This document shows positions 1-10,683 of a stretch of 64,000 nucleotides of DNA, one piece after another. Each line of letters starts with the position of its first letter. Position 1 is the stretch's first letter. The notes under the pieces were generated by a model that saw nothing but the letters and a program-made list of their open reading frames with translations, was not told the DNA's origin and did no database searches. Source of the DNA: Selaginella moellendorffii (lineage: Eukaryota > Plantae > Lycopodiophyta); assembly GCF_000143415.4 (NCBI RefSeq), contig NW_003314356.1, positions 558,001 through 622,000 of the forward strand, written 5' to 3'. Position numbers and translations under genes: made by a program.

Positions 1-45
1 CGCTGCGCCATTGCGCAACCTAACCCTAAAGTCGGGCACCACTCC

Positions 46-1500
46 ATGGCGGAGGCGAGCATTGCGCGCGTGCTGCGCAGCGGGGCCGCCGATGGCGAGC
101 ACGCGGCTGCCGTGATGGTGATCAACGCCGTCGATACAACAGCCGGGTTGGGCATCTTCAGGCATTTTGTGGAATCGCTGGTTGCCAACCTTGCGTCTGG
201 AGCGGCACAAGCGAAGTAAGTGTTTGCTTCGTCTCTCTTGTTTGACGCGCTCGCTTGCAAGCCGCAGAGGATTGGTGTTGGTGGCATCGTCTTCTAGTCC
301 GCAAACTTACTCCTCCGTGCTGAGAAATGTGTCATCGTCCTGGTAAGAACATTGTTCTTGCGCTGAATTCTTTGTGACTCGAGACTTCTGCAAAGCTTTC
401 AGGTTCTGGACTGTTTTTCGGATCCCCTGGGGTGGGAAAGGCTGATCTCGCCAAACACAACTAGTCTGGAGGAGATGGAAGCTATCGACGTGAGGAAGCT
501 CAGCTCTCTTTTCTCAAAAATTCACGAGGCTGGCAAAGGTAGTCCCCCCTTCTTTCTTTTGTCCTGCTTTAGCGATCAAGCGTGTGTGTTTGCCAGTGTT
601 CGCCGATAAGCAACCTAAAGGAAGATTTGCTGTCGCGATTGACTCGGTACCAGTTGTCCTTCTATCTCTGCTTTCTGATCATTGATTGTCTCCTTTGTAT
701 ATCGCAAAACCAGCTGACCTTTTTTATGCGGCACCACTCTTTGGCCGCAGTCTCGAGCTTTATTTGCCAGCTTCGGGCTCTCGGTACGACTTTGTAAGTT
801 TGTATGCCTTCTAACAGGGGCGATAAATGTGCAGATAGCGTGTCTGCAATCCTGTGGTTCACGGATGGTGGTCTGCATCAGGCCAGGGTCTTGGACGCAC
901 TGGAGTATAATGCAACAGCCACCGCTTTTGTGGAGCCGCAGTTGGATTTTCTTGACACGAGAGGCGCCGGAAGGCTACGAATCCGGCACAAGCGAAGAAA
1001 CGGGCGGGTCTCAGAAAAGGTGCGTGCTCTGGCTATTCAATTTTGTGTGTGACAAGTCGAAAACGTTTCTTCAGGTGGATGAGTTCAGGGTGGAGGTTGG
1101 GAGGTTCAACTTCTTCCCCGTGGAGCTTGGCACCAAAGTAGACAATGTTGATGCGATTCACAAGGTAGTAGAGCTCTCATTTTTTTCGGAGGCACATGGT
1201 TTTGTGTGGCATGTTCAGGTTCAGTTTAGACTGCACCTGTCAGACAAGGAAGTGGAAGACAGATCCAGAGTGAGACTTCCCTTCGAACACCAAGGTAGGA
1301 GACTTCATGCCTCTTCCAAGGAGCTTAGCCATCCGTTCTGTGTTTCAGGGGACGGACAGGAGGTGCGAATATATGACGGTCGCCAGTCAGAAGCTGGAGT
1401 CGAAACAAAATCTTCCAGCGGCAGCATTCACTACCTGCGGGATTCCGACGACGAAATGCCAGATTCCGACGAAGACCCCGATGATGACTTGGACATCTGA
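46..1500 (+). CDS. ELP5: Elongator complex subunit 5 (multi-exon)
   Basis: ATG at 46 (MAEASIARVLRSGAADGEHA), short GT-AG introns, and the plant ELP5-type C-terminus VRLPFEHQG...IHYLRDSDDEMPDSDEDPDDDLDI*. Telo-box-like AACCCTAA lies just upstream. Confidence 0.9.
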
Positions 1501-1537
1501 GCAGGAACTCTGGCTACTCAACCATTATACAACGAGT

Positions 1538-2146
1538 TTAAACTTTACACGCAGACTTGCGGATTTTCAAGCGAACACATTTCACCTGAGAAATGGTGTG
1601 GAAGAACGTCTTCTCAAGCACTTCGTCTGGAATTCCGGATCCAAACATGGACTGAGCAACGAACTAGAGTCCAGGGAGGTGGGAGATGAGCGTGACGATG
1701 ACTTTGGCGTTGGTCTTCCCCACGCTCATCTGCCAGTGGATGAGACCCTCATGCCTTCGCCCTTGGTGATCACTCTGGCATACAGCCGGCTGTCCGAGGT
1801 GATGATAGCGGCGTGGGCGCCGCCTTCTTCGACGTAGACAAGCTCCGAAGCTCGGGGATGGGTGTGCGGAACGATGATCCCACCCAGTGCGAAGTCGAGC
1901 CTGCCAATGGACAGGCCCAGCCCCGGGAAGAGTTGGACTGTTCCGAAGGTGGCACCAGCTCGGTCCACGTTGGTGGAAGACTTCATCTATTGCGGCCTCG
2001 TCAATTCTTCCAAATTCGACGGTGGGCGTTGATATTCAAGTCCATGGTGAGATTAGCGATGCAGAAGTCCTGGAGGGGGGTCCGGGTCGGACGAAACAGC
2101 CGAGCCGACAAAGAAAGCGAACAACACCAGAGTGCAGGAGAGTCAT
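1538..2146 (-). pseudogene. Germin-like protein pseudogene
   Basis: Germin motifs are split across frames: SDPDP/LQDFCIANL (frameshift in a C6 run), FPGL--GLSIGRLDF (NTL deleted), PHTHPRASEL, GLIHWQ after a second deletion/frameshift, and an in-frame TAG at 1666-1664 before FVAQSMFGSGIPDEVLEKTFF. Confidence 0.85.
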
Positions 2147-2253
2147 ACATACAATTATCTCTTTGGTAAGGAGTCATGTCAATCAATCACACCGACACGG
2201 TCCCAGTAGGTGACTTATCACTAGGGGAGAGGAAAAACTTTGCTTACAGCTTG

Positions 2254-3462
2254 TTACTTGTAGTATCCGATTTCCGGATCGGCTGGAACCGGAGACTTTA
2301 CCTCTAGTCTCGACAAAACTTCTGGAGCTCCTGTTGGATCTCTTACAACCTGGGGCAAAAACGGCATCGTTTCAAACAAGTGAAACAAGAGCTACTCACC
2401 AGCACTTCTTCGTCCAAGTACGAGATAAGCAACAGCCTCTCGTAACTCAAGCCTCCACCTGATCAGATAAAACTTCCTAGTCAGGCTCACAGATGTACTT
2501 TAGGTGGTTTACCAAGTGGAAGCTTGAGGCCGCCAGAGACGCTATCCTTGACAGACTCCGGAAGCCTATGAGCGGCAGCTACAAACTGGTCGTAAATTCC
2601 TTGAACTTGGGTTGGAATGCTGCCTTCCTTGACAAGCGGAGGAGCTATAACACCATCCACGTACTGTTCTTTAAGCCGCAATGGCCCTTGAGCTGAAATA
2701 TTTGTTGTCAATATGAAGCTCGTCTCAATCTGCACCTCATCAAACGAAATGAGAGAGAAAGCAAAATAAAGTTGGCAATTGAGACCAGCAAAACTTACCG
2801 AGTTCAAGAATTTGAGATTGAGAGTAGCTCTCGCCATTCCGTCCATTACTCGTAGCGTGACTCCTTCGATAGACAGCAATGCGGGGAACGTTCTACACAT
2901 TACACAAGACACTGAAGTACTTTTTCCAACTTGCCTTTAGGACACAATGTACGTTATCAAAACCTTGGATGCCATGAACCGAGCTCCCGCCCACTCGAGA
3001 TTCCAAAGGCCCTCGAGAAGAGGTGACCTGGGGACAGAACCAAACTTGTCTTTGTTAGCCGCATCATGCGTCCCGCTTACGTCGTTGGACGTGGAGTTGG
3101 ATTCAAGCGCTCCACAGCGAGCAGCTTCTCACATATGTCGAGGACCGCAGCATCGTTGCTCGCGTTTAGGCCTCCCGCATCTTTCACCTAGTAGCAGCAA
3201 GGAGCAAACAAGAAAAATCGAAACTGAGGATAATGCATGGACTCACGGCGAAAAGTAGAGCCTCTTTTGCTGCGACGCGCTCCATTTCTTTTGCAAACAG
3301 AGCCGTGGATGGATTGGCGGCCCTGGTGACGAGACGGCGGCGCAGGCGCCTGGGAGCGGGAATCGCCGAGATTGTCGAGACCGCGAGCCGGAATTGGGCT
3401 CCAGGGATTGGAAAAGCTGGAGCCGGAGCCGCAGGCGCCCCTCCAACTCTGATACTCGCCAT
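2254..3462 (-). CDS. FBN7: Plastid lipid-associated fibrillin, FBN7/PGL34 type
   Basis: Transit-peptide-like N-terminus, then EMERVAAKEALL, ERLNPTPRP, GPLRLKEQY, ISYLDEEVL..RDPTGAPEVLSR. Stop TAA at 2256-2254. Confidence 0.85.
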
Positions 3463-3499
3463 AGCAACACAAAGTAAATTAGGGCTTTAGTGCTCTGTT

Positions 3500-3847
3500 T
3501 TAGGGCTTTTCATTTGTTCTCCCGATCCACAAGATTATCGCCAGGCACAGTGGCACAACAGCGAATGCGGCGTCGCGAATGACTGCCTCGCTACCTTTGG
3601 ATAGCACACCGATTCGCGACCAGTCGCCACTATACCTGTGAAGCGACCATGTCAATGACAATACATGTACATAACAAACGCACCCGGCGTCAAGGAATCC
3701 CAGCGCGAACACTCCCACCGAGAGCTGCACGACCAGAGGAGGTGGGCTCTTGATCGCATTCGAGACAAGCGCCCTGCGACGGCGGGATTTGCTACGAGTA
3801 GGACGACCGCCTGGAAATGGCGCCATCGTGACAAGAGACAGCTCCAT
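3500..3847 (-). CDS. Small conserved plant membrane protein (~100 aa, probably plastid; GYSGDWSRIG motif)
   Basis: MELSLVT... with an Arg/Ser-rich leader, two hydrophobic helices and FLDAG|YSGDWSRIGVLS split by an in-frame ~48-nt intron. Confidence 0.7.
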   Translation of the reverse strand: MELSLVTMAPFPGGRPTRSKSRRRRALVSNAIKSPPPLVVQLSVGVFALGFLDAGCVCYVHVLSLTWSLHRYSGDWSRIGVLSKGSEAVIRDAAFAVVPLCLAIILWIGRTNEKP

Positions 3848-3948
3848 GACGAAGAAAGCAACCCTATCTTTAAAAAATACAGTCGTGGAGGGAAGATTTA
3901 CACGCGCTGCTGCAATGTAATGCAATGCAATGCTGGTGGAGGAAGAGA

Positions 3949-5428
3949 TCACCGCCTCATTTTGCATTGGTTGGAGCGGAATGTTTTGGACGACACAACT
4001 TGGAGAATGAGCTTCTCGAACCTCTTAGCTCCCGGGCCGGGACGAAGGACGGACGAATCGCCCACCGTCAGGCAAGGGTCCTCGCCACTGTCGGACGATC
4101 CCAAACACCAGCCTCCGGGCACAAAGCGGCCGGGAACGCGTCTCAGGAGCTCCTTGTCGATCTTGTCCAGCACCGGATCCTCTCGCGCGAATTTCCTCGC
4201 GAACGGGGCGCCGCTGCTGGTCATGTTCTTGAAGAGCTTGGACGTGAGCGTGAGCGGGTGCTGCTTCGGGGGGTTGTCCCACGCGATGTAGTGCAAGTCG
4301 TGGTTGACGGTGGTGTTTCGAAACTCCCGCGAGTTGCAGATGACCGTGTGGAAGTATCCCTCGGGTGAGGATATAAAGTTGGTGTAGTACATGAGCAGTG
4401 TCCTGGGAAGATTGTCCCATCCCATGACGGTATAGTCCACAAACGCTCGGGACAATCCCACCCACGCCGACCCTGACCAGAAAATCACACAAACAAACGT
4501 TGAGAATCCTGAAACCTCTCTTGCTTTGCTCTTGTGTAGATACCTGTGAAGAGTTTGAATGCGGTAGGAAGAGACCTCCTCTGGGTGGCCCAAAAAACAT
4601 CGCTCTTTTTGTTGAGGTACAATCCGGGATCAACAATGAGTGGCTTCGCCCTCTGGAACCTGGAACCCCAGCCGCCAGGCCATGTCAGCCAGCATATAGA
4701 GGCAACAAAAAGCAAAACGTACTCTTTCCACCCGATGTCGCTGGTGTGGTCTATAAAGTTGAGATCCTTGGGCAAGTATGACAAGACATGAAGCAAATCT
4801 GGAGAAACCAAAGCCTGGTTGTCAATAAGCATAGGAATCTTTCAAGCCACGTACCGTCCTGGGTAACGAGGGGGTAATCCGAGGCGCTGAGGTTGATAAA
4901 CCAGTCCCAGTCGGGGCTCTGGCGAAGAAGGATGGCGGCGGCATGGAGCGTGCAGGACACCATGGTCGGGCCTCGGTAAGTCACCAGGTTGGCCTTGCCA
5001 ATCACATGCACGTTCTTGACGTCGCCGAAAGTTGGATCCATCTTGACATATCGCGCCAGCTCCACTCGCTCCCGGGGCGGCGCCTCCAGGTCCAGGTGCA
5101 GCACGTACTGGTTGCGCGGGTGGTAGAGCGCCTGCAGAACTCTCCGCATGCGGTTGCCATCGCCTTTGGTTCCCGAGATCAAGTAGGCCAGGCGCGGAGG
5201 TGGCGGGAAGTCGGACGCAGGCAGCTGGCGGATGGGGTCGCTGCCGGATTGCTGGGCGCGCTGTGGCTGCTGCTGCTCCACGAACAAGTTGAGGTGGGAG
5301 AGATTGGCTCGCCCAAAGTTGATGGAGGTGGCCAGGAACAAGGCGATGGAGACCAAGGTGCTGGCCACCAGTGGCAGCAGCCACTTCCTCTCCACAGCCG
5401 CCACCATCGGAGGGGTTGCCTTCTTCAT
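3949..5428 (-). CDS. GT14 (core-2/I-branching) beta-glucuronosyltransferase, GlcAT14A-like
   Basis: Type II membrane anchor, then PPRLAYLISGTKGD, LYHPRNQYVLHLD, WDWFINLSASDYPL, WDNLPRTLLMYYTNFISSPEGYFHTVICN and APFARKF. Confidence 0.92.
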
Positions 5429-5450
5429 GTCCGGGGCCCTCGCCAAAAGC

Positions 5451-5456
5451 TCACAT
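5451..5456 (-). promoter_or_regulatory. Minimal AUG-UGA uORF in the GT14 5' leader
   Basis: Minus strand reads ...ggcag|gatc ATG TGA gcttt..., 22 nt before the main ATG at 5428 and just after a likely 5'UTR intron acceptor. Confidence 0.45.
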
Positions 5457-6146
5457 GATCCTGCCTAGTAACCCGGATTAGAATTGGAGAGAGGATTTGC
5501 CTGCTTGCCGCGGGAGAGAGACTAGGAGATCCAAGCAAGATCTGGCTCCAGCTCCACTTCGAAACCCTGATCGAAGCCTAAATTCTTGCACTAACCGCCA
5601 AATGCAGCATGGACGGACGCATCACGGATCAAGGACGCGCACGCAGACCACCCCGAGACAAAGCAAAGAATCCGGCGCCTTGCATTTGTTGCCCCCCTCT
5701 GCTCTCTCGTCTCTCGCCCGCCATAGGCCCAGAGGTTGCTGCAAACAAAATCCGGCCGCACACGTGGCACGGGGGAGTCGCTCGCAGCCGTGGATTGTCA
5801 GCAGGATTTGGGTGTTCTGGGAATCATCTTGCTTGCGGGGCGCGATGGGGATGTTTTACATCCGCTCCGCAATAGCACTTGGAGCGTGACAGCCACCAAA
5901 CACTCTTGTTCTAATAGCTCTTTGCTGTTTCATCAGTGGCAACAGAACGCAACAGAGAAAGGATTGGAATGGCAGCGTGGTCAGATAATTGTAGTCTGAT
6001 TCAGGTCACCACTACGATTCGCGTCTGAATCAATGTATCATCACCCCACACACAGGGGAAGCGAGAGAGAAGGAGGCGGCGCCCAAGAAACCCTAGAGCG
6101 GACACAAGTGAATCTGGTTTTAGGGTTGAGGGTTTTAGCTTTAGGG

Positions 6147-7222
6147 ATGTCTGGGCGCGGGCGAGGAGCATTTAGCCGCGGGCGTGGGCGGGGTCGCGGA
6201 GGAGGGGGGCGTGCCGGGCCGATCATCCGCGACGAGACAGGCGGGATTCTCACCGCGAGGAAGCTCGAAGGGCCGCCTCCTCTCTTTCCGGTTCGTCCGC
6301 CTTCCTTGCGGTTTAAGACGTTGATAAATGAGTTTTAGGCGGTAGAGACACTACCCGAGAGGCCGGATATCACACAGGGAAACAATGCGTTCCTTGTGGA
6401 GCGGAGGAGAACTCTCCACACATTTTGGAACGAGTCGGCCTATTACATCGAGGCTGTCGACAAAGACACTTGTAAGCGAGATTCTTGGCTTGCTACACCA
6501 CACTAAGTTCTGTGTTTCTCCAGCTAGCGTGCCTTCGGATGTCGAGCGTTGCTTGAGTAGATCCAAGCCTGGCCCTCAGACCAAGCGAAAGTCCTTGTCG
6601 CTCTACCTTCAGCTCAGCTCCATGTTCTTCCCTGCAGAGTTGCTAGGAAACCGTAAGCCTTTTTCGTTTTCATTCCTTGCTCACTGGTGTTTTTCGGTAG
6701 AGAGAAAGAAAAGGAGGGAGAATGACGAAGAAGGTATATGGAATCTGAAGGGGAGCAGCAAGAGTGGTGAGTGTGTCATCATGTCCTCGCCAGTGTTTAC
6801 GCTCCCATTCTTTCAGATCTTGGTCGGTTGGACAAGCTAGCGTCCCTGGAGCAGAAAGTTGGACAGGTTTGGAGTTTGTTGATCTCGCTGCTGCGGATGA
6901 ACAGAGAAACGTTATATATTCCAGAAAGGCGATAAGGAAGCTGGCGAGAACAAGGAAGGGGAAGGTGCAGAAGAAGACGAGGAGGACCAAGACATAGCTT
7001 TTGATGACGAGGATGAATTCGAGGACGACTATGGGAAGGTGCGTGTTGCTCCCACCGAATTTTTCATTTTGTTTCTTGACTGTTCATCTCCAGAACGAGG
7101 AGTTCGATGACGACGAAGAGTACGACTTTGATGATGGTGGTGGCGATGATGGTAAGGCGTACAACTTGTTGCTTCTCAACTCCTGAATGGTTTTGTGTTC
7201 AACAGAAGGCCCTACGTACTGA
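6147..7222 (+). CDS. RNA polymerase III subunit C31/RPC7-like
   Basis: MSGRGRG RG-rich start, PPPLFP, FWNESAYYI, FFPAELL and a long acidic tail ending DDGGGDDEGPTY*. Several telo-boxes lie upstream. Confidence 0.8.
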
Positions 7223-7456
7223 GGAAGGAACAAATGAATGCATGAGGAAGAGAAGAAGGAAAAAAAAAAAGGAAAAGCTTCATGATTGAGTTACAATTTC
7301 AGGTGGCACAAAGGTATGCCTAGCAATCGCTTGGTTCTCAGCTTTCATTGATCGATTCATAGCTAAGCTATAAATATGCACGCAGGCGCAATATCTTTCA
7401 AGGATACAAAAGGTGGACATATCTGTGAGCTCGGATGAGAAACACTGCGGGGACTT

Positions 7457-7978
7457 CTAGTTGACGCTGATATCTCCGCTCATGCCAACGCCCTGATGGG
7501 GTTCGCAGTAGAAGCCGTAGGTGCCTTTGGTCTGCAAAGTCACTTTGTAGCTCTCACCCGGTGCATTCAACAGGTCGGGGTGGGACAAGGCGTCGGCATT
7601 GACACCCGAGGGAACCGCGTCCTCGTCGAAGATAATGTTGTGCGGGAAGCCAGCGTTGTTTTCGAAGATGACGGTGTCGCCGGCGCCAATGCTGATGTTC
7701 TTGGGGATGAAGGCGAGGGAGCCATCGTCGCCTCCCATCTTGACGGTGACGGACGCTGCCAGAGCCGAGGATGCCCCCAGGAGAAGCCCCGCTGACACTC
7801 CCACCATCACTTTGCCGGCTCTCTTGGCCACGCCCTCCATGGACGAGACGCAGACGAGCGGAGCTTGGTGCTGCACTGGCCTTGCATTGCGTGCGATGCT
7901 CGGCTTCACCACTTCCCCGGCCTTGAGCCCCACGAATGTGGGAACTGCGAGCTTTGATGCTGCAACCGACGACGCCAT
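7457..7978 (-). CDS. PETE: Plastocyanin precursor (intronless)
   Basis: Bipartite transit peptide ending ALA, then [20 protein letters not shown] and [11 protein letters not shown] (Cu ligands H, C, H, M). Confidence 0.98.
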   Translation of the reverse strand: MASSVAASKLAVPTFVGLKAGEVVKPSIARNARPVQHQAPLVCVSSMEGVAKRAGKVMVGVSAGLLLGASSALAASVTVKMGGDDGSLAFIPKNISIGAGDTVIFENNAGFPHNIIFDEDAVPSGVNADALSHPDLLNAPGESYKVTLQTKGTYGFYCEPHQGVGMSGDISVN

Positions 7979-8153
7979 CTGATTGATAGCAAGCAAGCAA
8001 AACCAGTTACTTCCTCTTCCTCCCTGGCTTACTTCTTCTTGTTCTTCCCTAGCTTTACTAGCTACTGCTATGGAGTCGATAAAATGGGATGGCGTTACAG
8101 GTGGCGCAATCGGAGCCAGGAGGACTGGATAGAGAGTGCTCCAGTGCCTTGCT

Positions 8154-8201
8154 GCCACGTGTAAAGTGTATCTTGTGCAGCAAATGGGGCGTTGCCACGT
8201 A
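8154..8201. promoter_or_regulatory. Paired G-box/ACGT elements upstream of plastocyanin
   Basis: GCCACGTG (8154-8161) and GCCACGTA (8194-8201), about 180-220 bp upstream of the PETE ATG; these are typical light-responsive elements. Confidence 0.55.
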
Positions 8202-8232
8202 AGCAAAACTCTAACCTCTAAAACCAGATATA

Positions 8233-8284
8233 ACCTTTAAGCTTGTACGAAACAAAACCCCGAGGACCTTTAAGCTTGTTCGAA
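8233..8284 (+). repeat. 19-bp direct repeat in the PETE/RNase T2 divergent spacer
   Basis: ACCTTTAAGCTTGTACGAA (8233-8251) and ACCTTTAAGCTTGTTCGAA (8266-8284), 18/19 identical. Confidence 0.8.
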
Positions 8285-8294
8285 TCTCCCAGAA

Positions 8295-8302
8295 GCATAT
8301 TC
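8295..8302. promoter_or_regulatory. P1BS (PHR1 binding site, GNATATNC)
   Basis: GCATATTC lies about 55 bp upstream of TATAAA (8355-8360) and about 100 bp upstream of the RNase T2 ATG. Confidence 0.55.
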
Positions 8303-8398
8303 AAGGTGGTTCGCCATCATAAACGTGTAAGTGCCAGACTCTCCGTTTCAACTCTATAAAGGGATTTCTTGCGGGCGGGCAGAGAGATTCGCAAAGCA

Positions 8399-9222
8399 AT
8401 GGGGTTCTGTGCGATCGTCGTCGCGCTAGTTTGCAGCAACTTGTTCATCATCGCGGGAGCGCAGAGATTCGATTTCTTCTACTTCGTTCTCCAGGCAAGT
8501 CCAATGCTAAAAACAGAGTATCTGTGACAGTAATTCGTTGCTGCGCAGTGGCCAGGAGCATACTGTGATCGGGGTCAAGCTGCATGCTGCTATCCAACAA
8601 CAGGCAAGCCGGCCGAAGATTTTTCGATACACGGCCTGTGGCCTAACAAGGATGATGGAACTTGGCCCCAATTCTGCGACCCCTCCAATCCCTTTGAGCT
8701 GTCCCAGGTCAGTAGTACTCGATTGCAGTAACTATAAGCTAAGATCTCTTCGTCCATCAGATCTCGGATCTTCGTAGAGCTATGAACCGGGAATGGGGAT
8801 CACTTGACTGTCCCAGCAGCAACTCCGTCGAGTTTTGGGAGCACGAGTGGGAGAAGCACGGCACCTGCGCCTTCAGGGACGAGCACCAATACTTTGAGAG
8901 ATCGCTAGCGCTGCGGGAGCAAGTGGATCCCCTCGGCTACCTGGCCAGCGCTGGAATCCGCCCAAACAATCGCCTCTACAGCCTCCAAAGCATCCAGCTT
9001 GCGCTGGAAGACGGGCTGGGCCACACTATCGGGATCGAATGCAACCGGGATTCGTCGCGGACAGCGCAGCTCTACCAGCTCTACTTTTGCGTCGCCTCCG
9101 ACGCGTCTACCATCATCGACTGCCCCGTCTTTCCCAACAGCAAGTGCACCACGCAGGTGGAATTCCCATCGTTTGGCCGAGGTATCAAACGTGATCACGA
9201 TCATGAGATCGCCACCTTGTGA
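8399..9222 (+). CDS. Secreted RNase T2 (class I, RNS1-like)
   Basis: Signal peptide, FDFFYFVLQ|WPGAYC, CAS I FSIHGLWP and CAS II FWEHEWEKHGTC. Intron 1 is GC-AG (8495-8548). Confidence 0.93.
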
Positions 9223-9451
9223 CCAGCACCCGATGAAAGTGGAAATAAAAAGAAGCGAGAGGGGACCGTTTCTTGTCCCGCTCACGCAAAGGGGATGAAT
9301 GAACGTAGCGAATCAATTCGGGGAGCATTTCTTTCGCTGCCTGAGAAAACAAATATTTCCAACCTGGGCATGAATAAACTATAATGCTTGAAGCGGTCAA
9401 TGCGTGCATGCACACGCACGCGCACTGTGAGCTCGATCCGTCGTCATCGCC

Positions 9452-10215
9452 ATGGGCCGCAGTGCAATAGCGGCGATCGCGATGGTGTTTCTGTCGCGAG
9501 GGATTCAGGGCTTCGACATGTTTCTCCTTGTTCTCGAGGCAGGCCAAGTCAAAAGTATTCTGCAAAGATCCTCGTAAGCTTTTCTTTTTTGGACGCAGTG
9601 GCCAAACGCCTTCTGTAGCATCAACCAGTGCTGCTACCCGCCGAGATTCGCTGCCAATTTTACGCTCCACGGCCTGTGGCCCGTCTCCAACGCCACATCT
9701 CTTCCGGAGTACTGCGACTCCACGCCATACAACGCCTCCCAGGTTTGCTCTTATTAGATCAGCGCTGCATGATACTTCCAGATCGATTGGCAACACAGAT
9801 TGCCGACTTGATGCCCGAGCTTCGCTCGCGGTGGCCCTCTCTCACATGCCCGCAGAGCAACGGCGACGATTTCTGGGAGCACGAGTGGGAGGCCCACGGA
9901 AGCTGCGCCTTCGCGGATGATCACGACTACTTCGCCACGACGCTGCGGCTGCGGGACATGATCCACCCGCTGGCGGATCTGGGCGCCGCCGGGATCGTGC
10001 CCAATGGGAGCAGCTACGCCGCCGACTCGATCCTCCGCGCGCTGCACACGCGCACGATTCTCGAGTGCAGCAGCAGCGGGAGCAGGGATTACCCGCAGCT
10101 GTACCAGATCTACTACTGCGTCGACAGGAACGCCACCGGATTCGTGGATTGCCCAGCCGTCTCGTCGGAGGGGTGTTCTTCGCGCGTCGCGTTTCTAGGG
10201 CTCCCCACTGAATGA
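9452..10215 (+). CDS. Second, divergent RNase T2 paralog
   Basis: MGRSAIAAIAMVF signal, FDMFLLVLE|WPNAFC, FTLHGLWP and FWEHEWEAHGSC, with the same intron positions as the upstream paralog. Confidence 0.88.
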
Positions 10216-10258
10216 TTCAAGGAATATCCGCCCCGTTTATTTTATAGTAGTTAATTAA

Positions 10259-10624
10259 TCAGTCTTTGCTCTTCACTGCCTTGCGCAGCTTGTAGTCCTC
10301 GAGCTCGTCGAAGTAAATGTCCCATACGCACCTCTCGCAGCCACTCCCGCAGCAATCGCCTGGAAGCGGCTTCTCTGGAGGCGGCCCAAGATCCTCCTCC
10401 TCCTCCTCCTCCTCTTTCTTGGCCGGCGGCTGCTCCTCTTTCGATCCAGCCCCATCTCCATCAGCCTTGTTATGATTGTCCATACCGTTCCTCGATTTCC
10501 TGGATGATCTCGCTCGATCGCCGGAATCCCTGCCCTCGTTGTCGCCGCCGCGGCAAGGGGAGAAGCCGATCCGCCGCAAGAATGAAAGATGTGTCAGGAA
10601 GAGCATTGGAGTGACGCGCAGCAT
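10259..10624 (-). CDS. Oxidoreductase-like domain protein (OXLD1-like)
   Basis: PPPEKPLPGDCCGSGCERCVWDIYFDEL motif after an organellar-type leader. The ATG at 10624 is my choice of start. Confidence 0.85.
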   Translation of the reverse strand: MLRVTPMLFLTHLSFLRRIGFSPCRGGDNEGRDSGDRARSSRKSRNGMDNHNKADGDGAGSKEEQPPAKKEEEEEEEDLGPPPEKPLPGDCCGSGCERCVWDIYFDELEDYKLRKAVKSKD

Positions 10625-10683
10625 AAAACCTCCTGCTTCATCTAAGTGGTTTTGCCCTAGCCCTAAAATGCCAGGCAAGGCAA

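Noticed and set aside
6087-6146. Clustered TTAGGG/CCCTAA motifs as interstitial telomere
   Set aside because: Isolated single units near gene starts throughout the window are ordinary telo-boxes, not arrays.
7979-8206. 76-aa N-terminal extension of plastocyanin in the ORF track
   Set aside because: Starts at a non-ATG codon and runs through the promoter; the transit peptide begins at ATG 7978.
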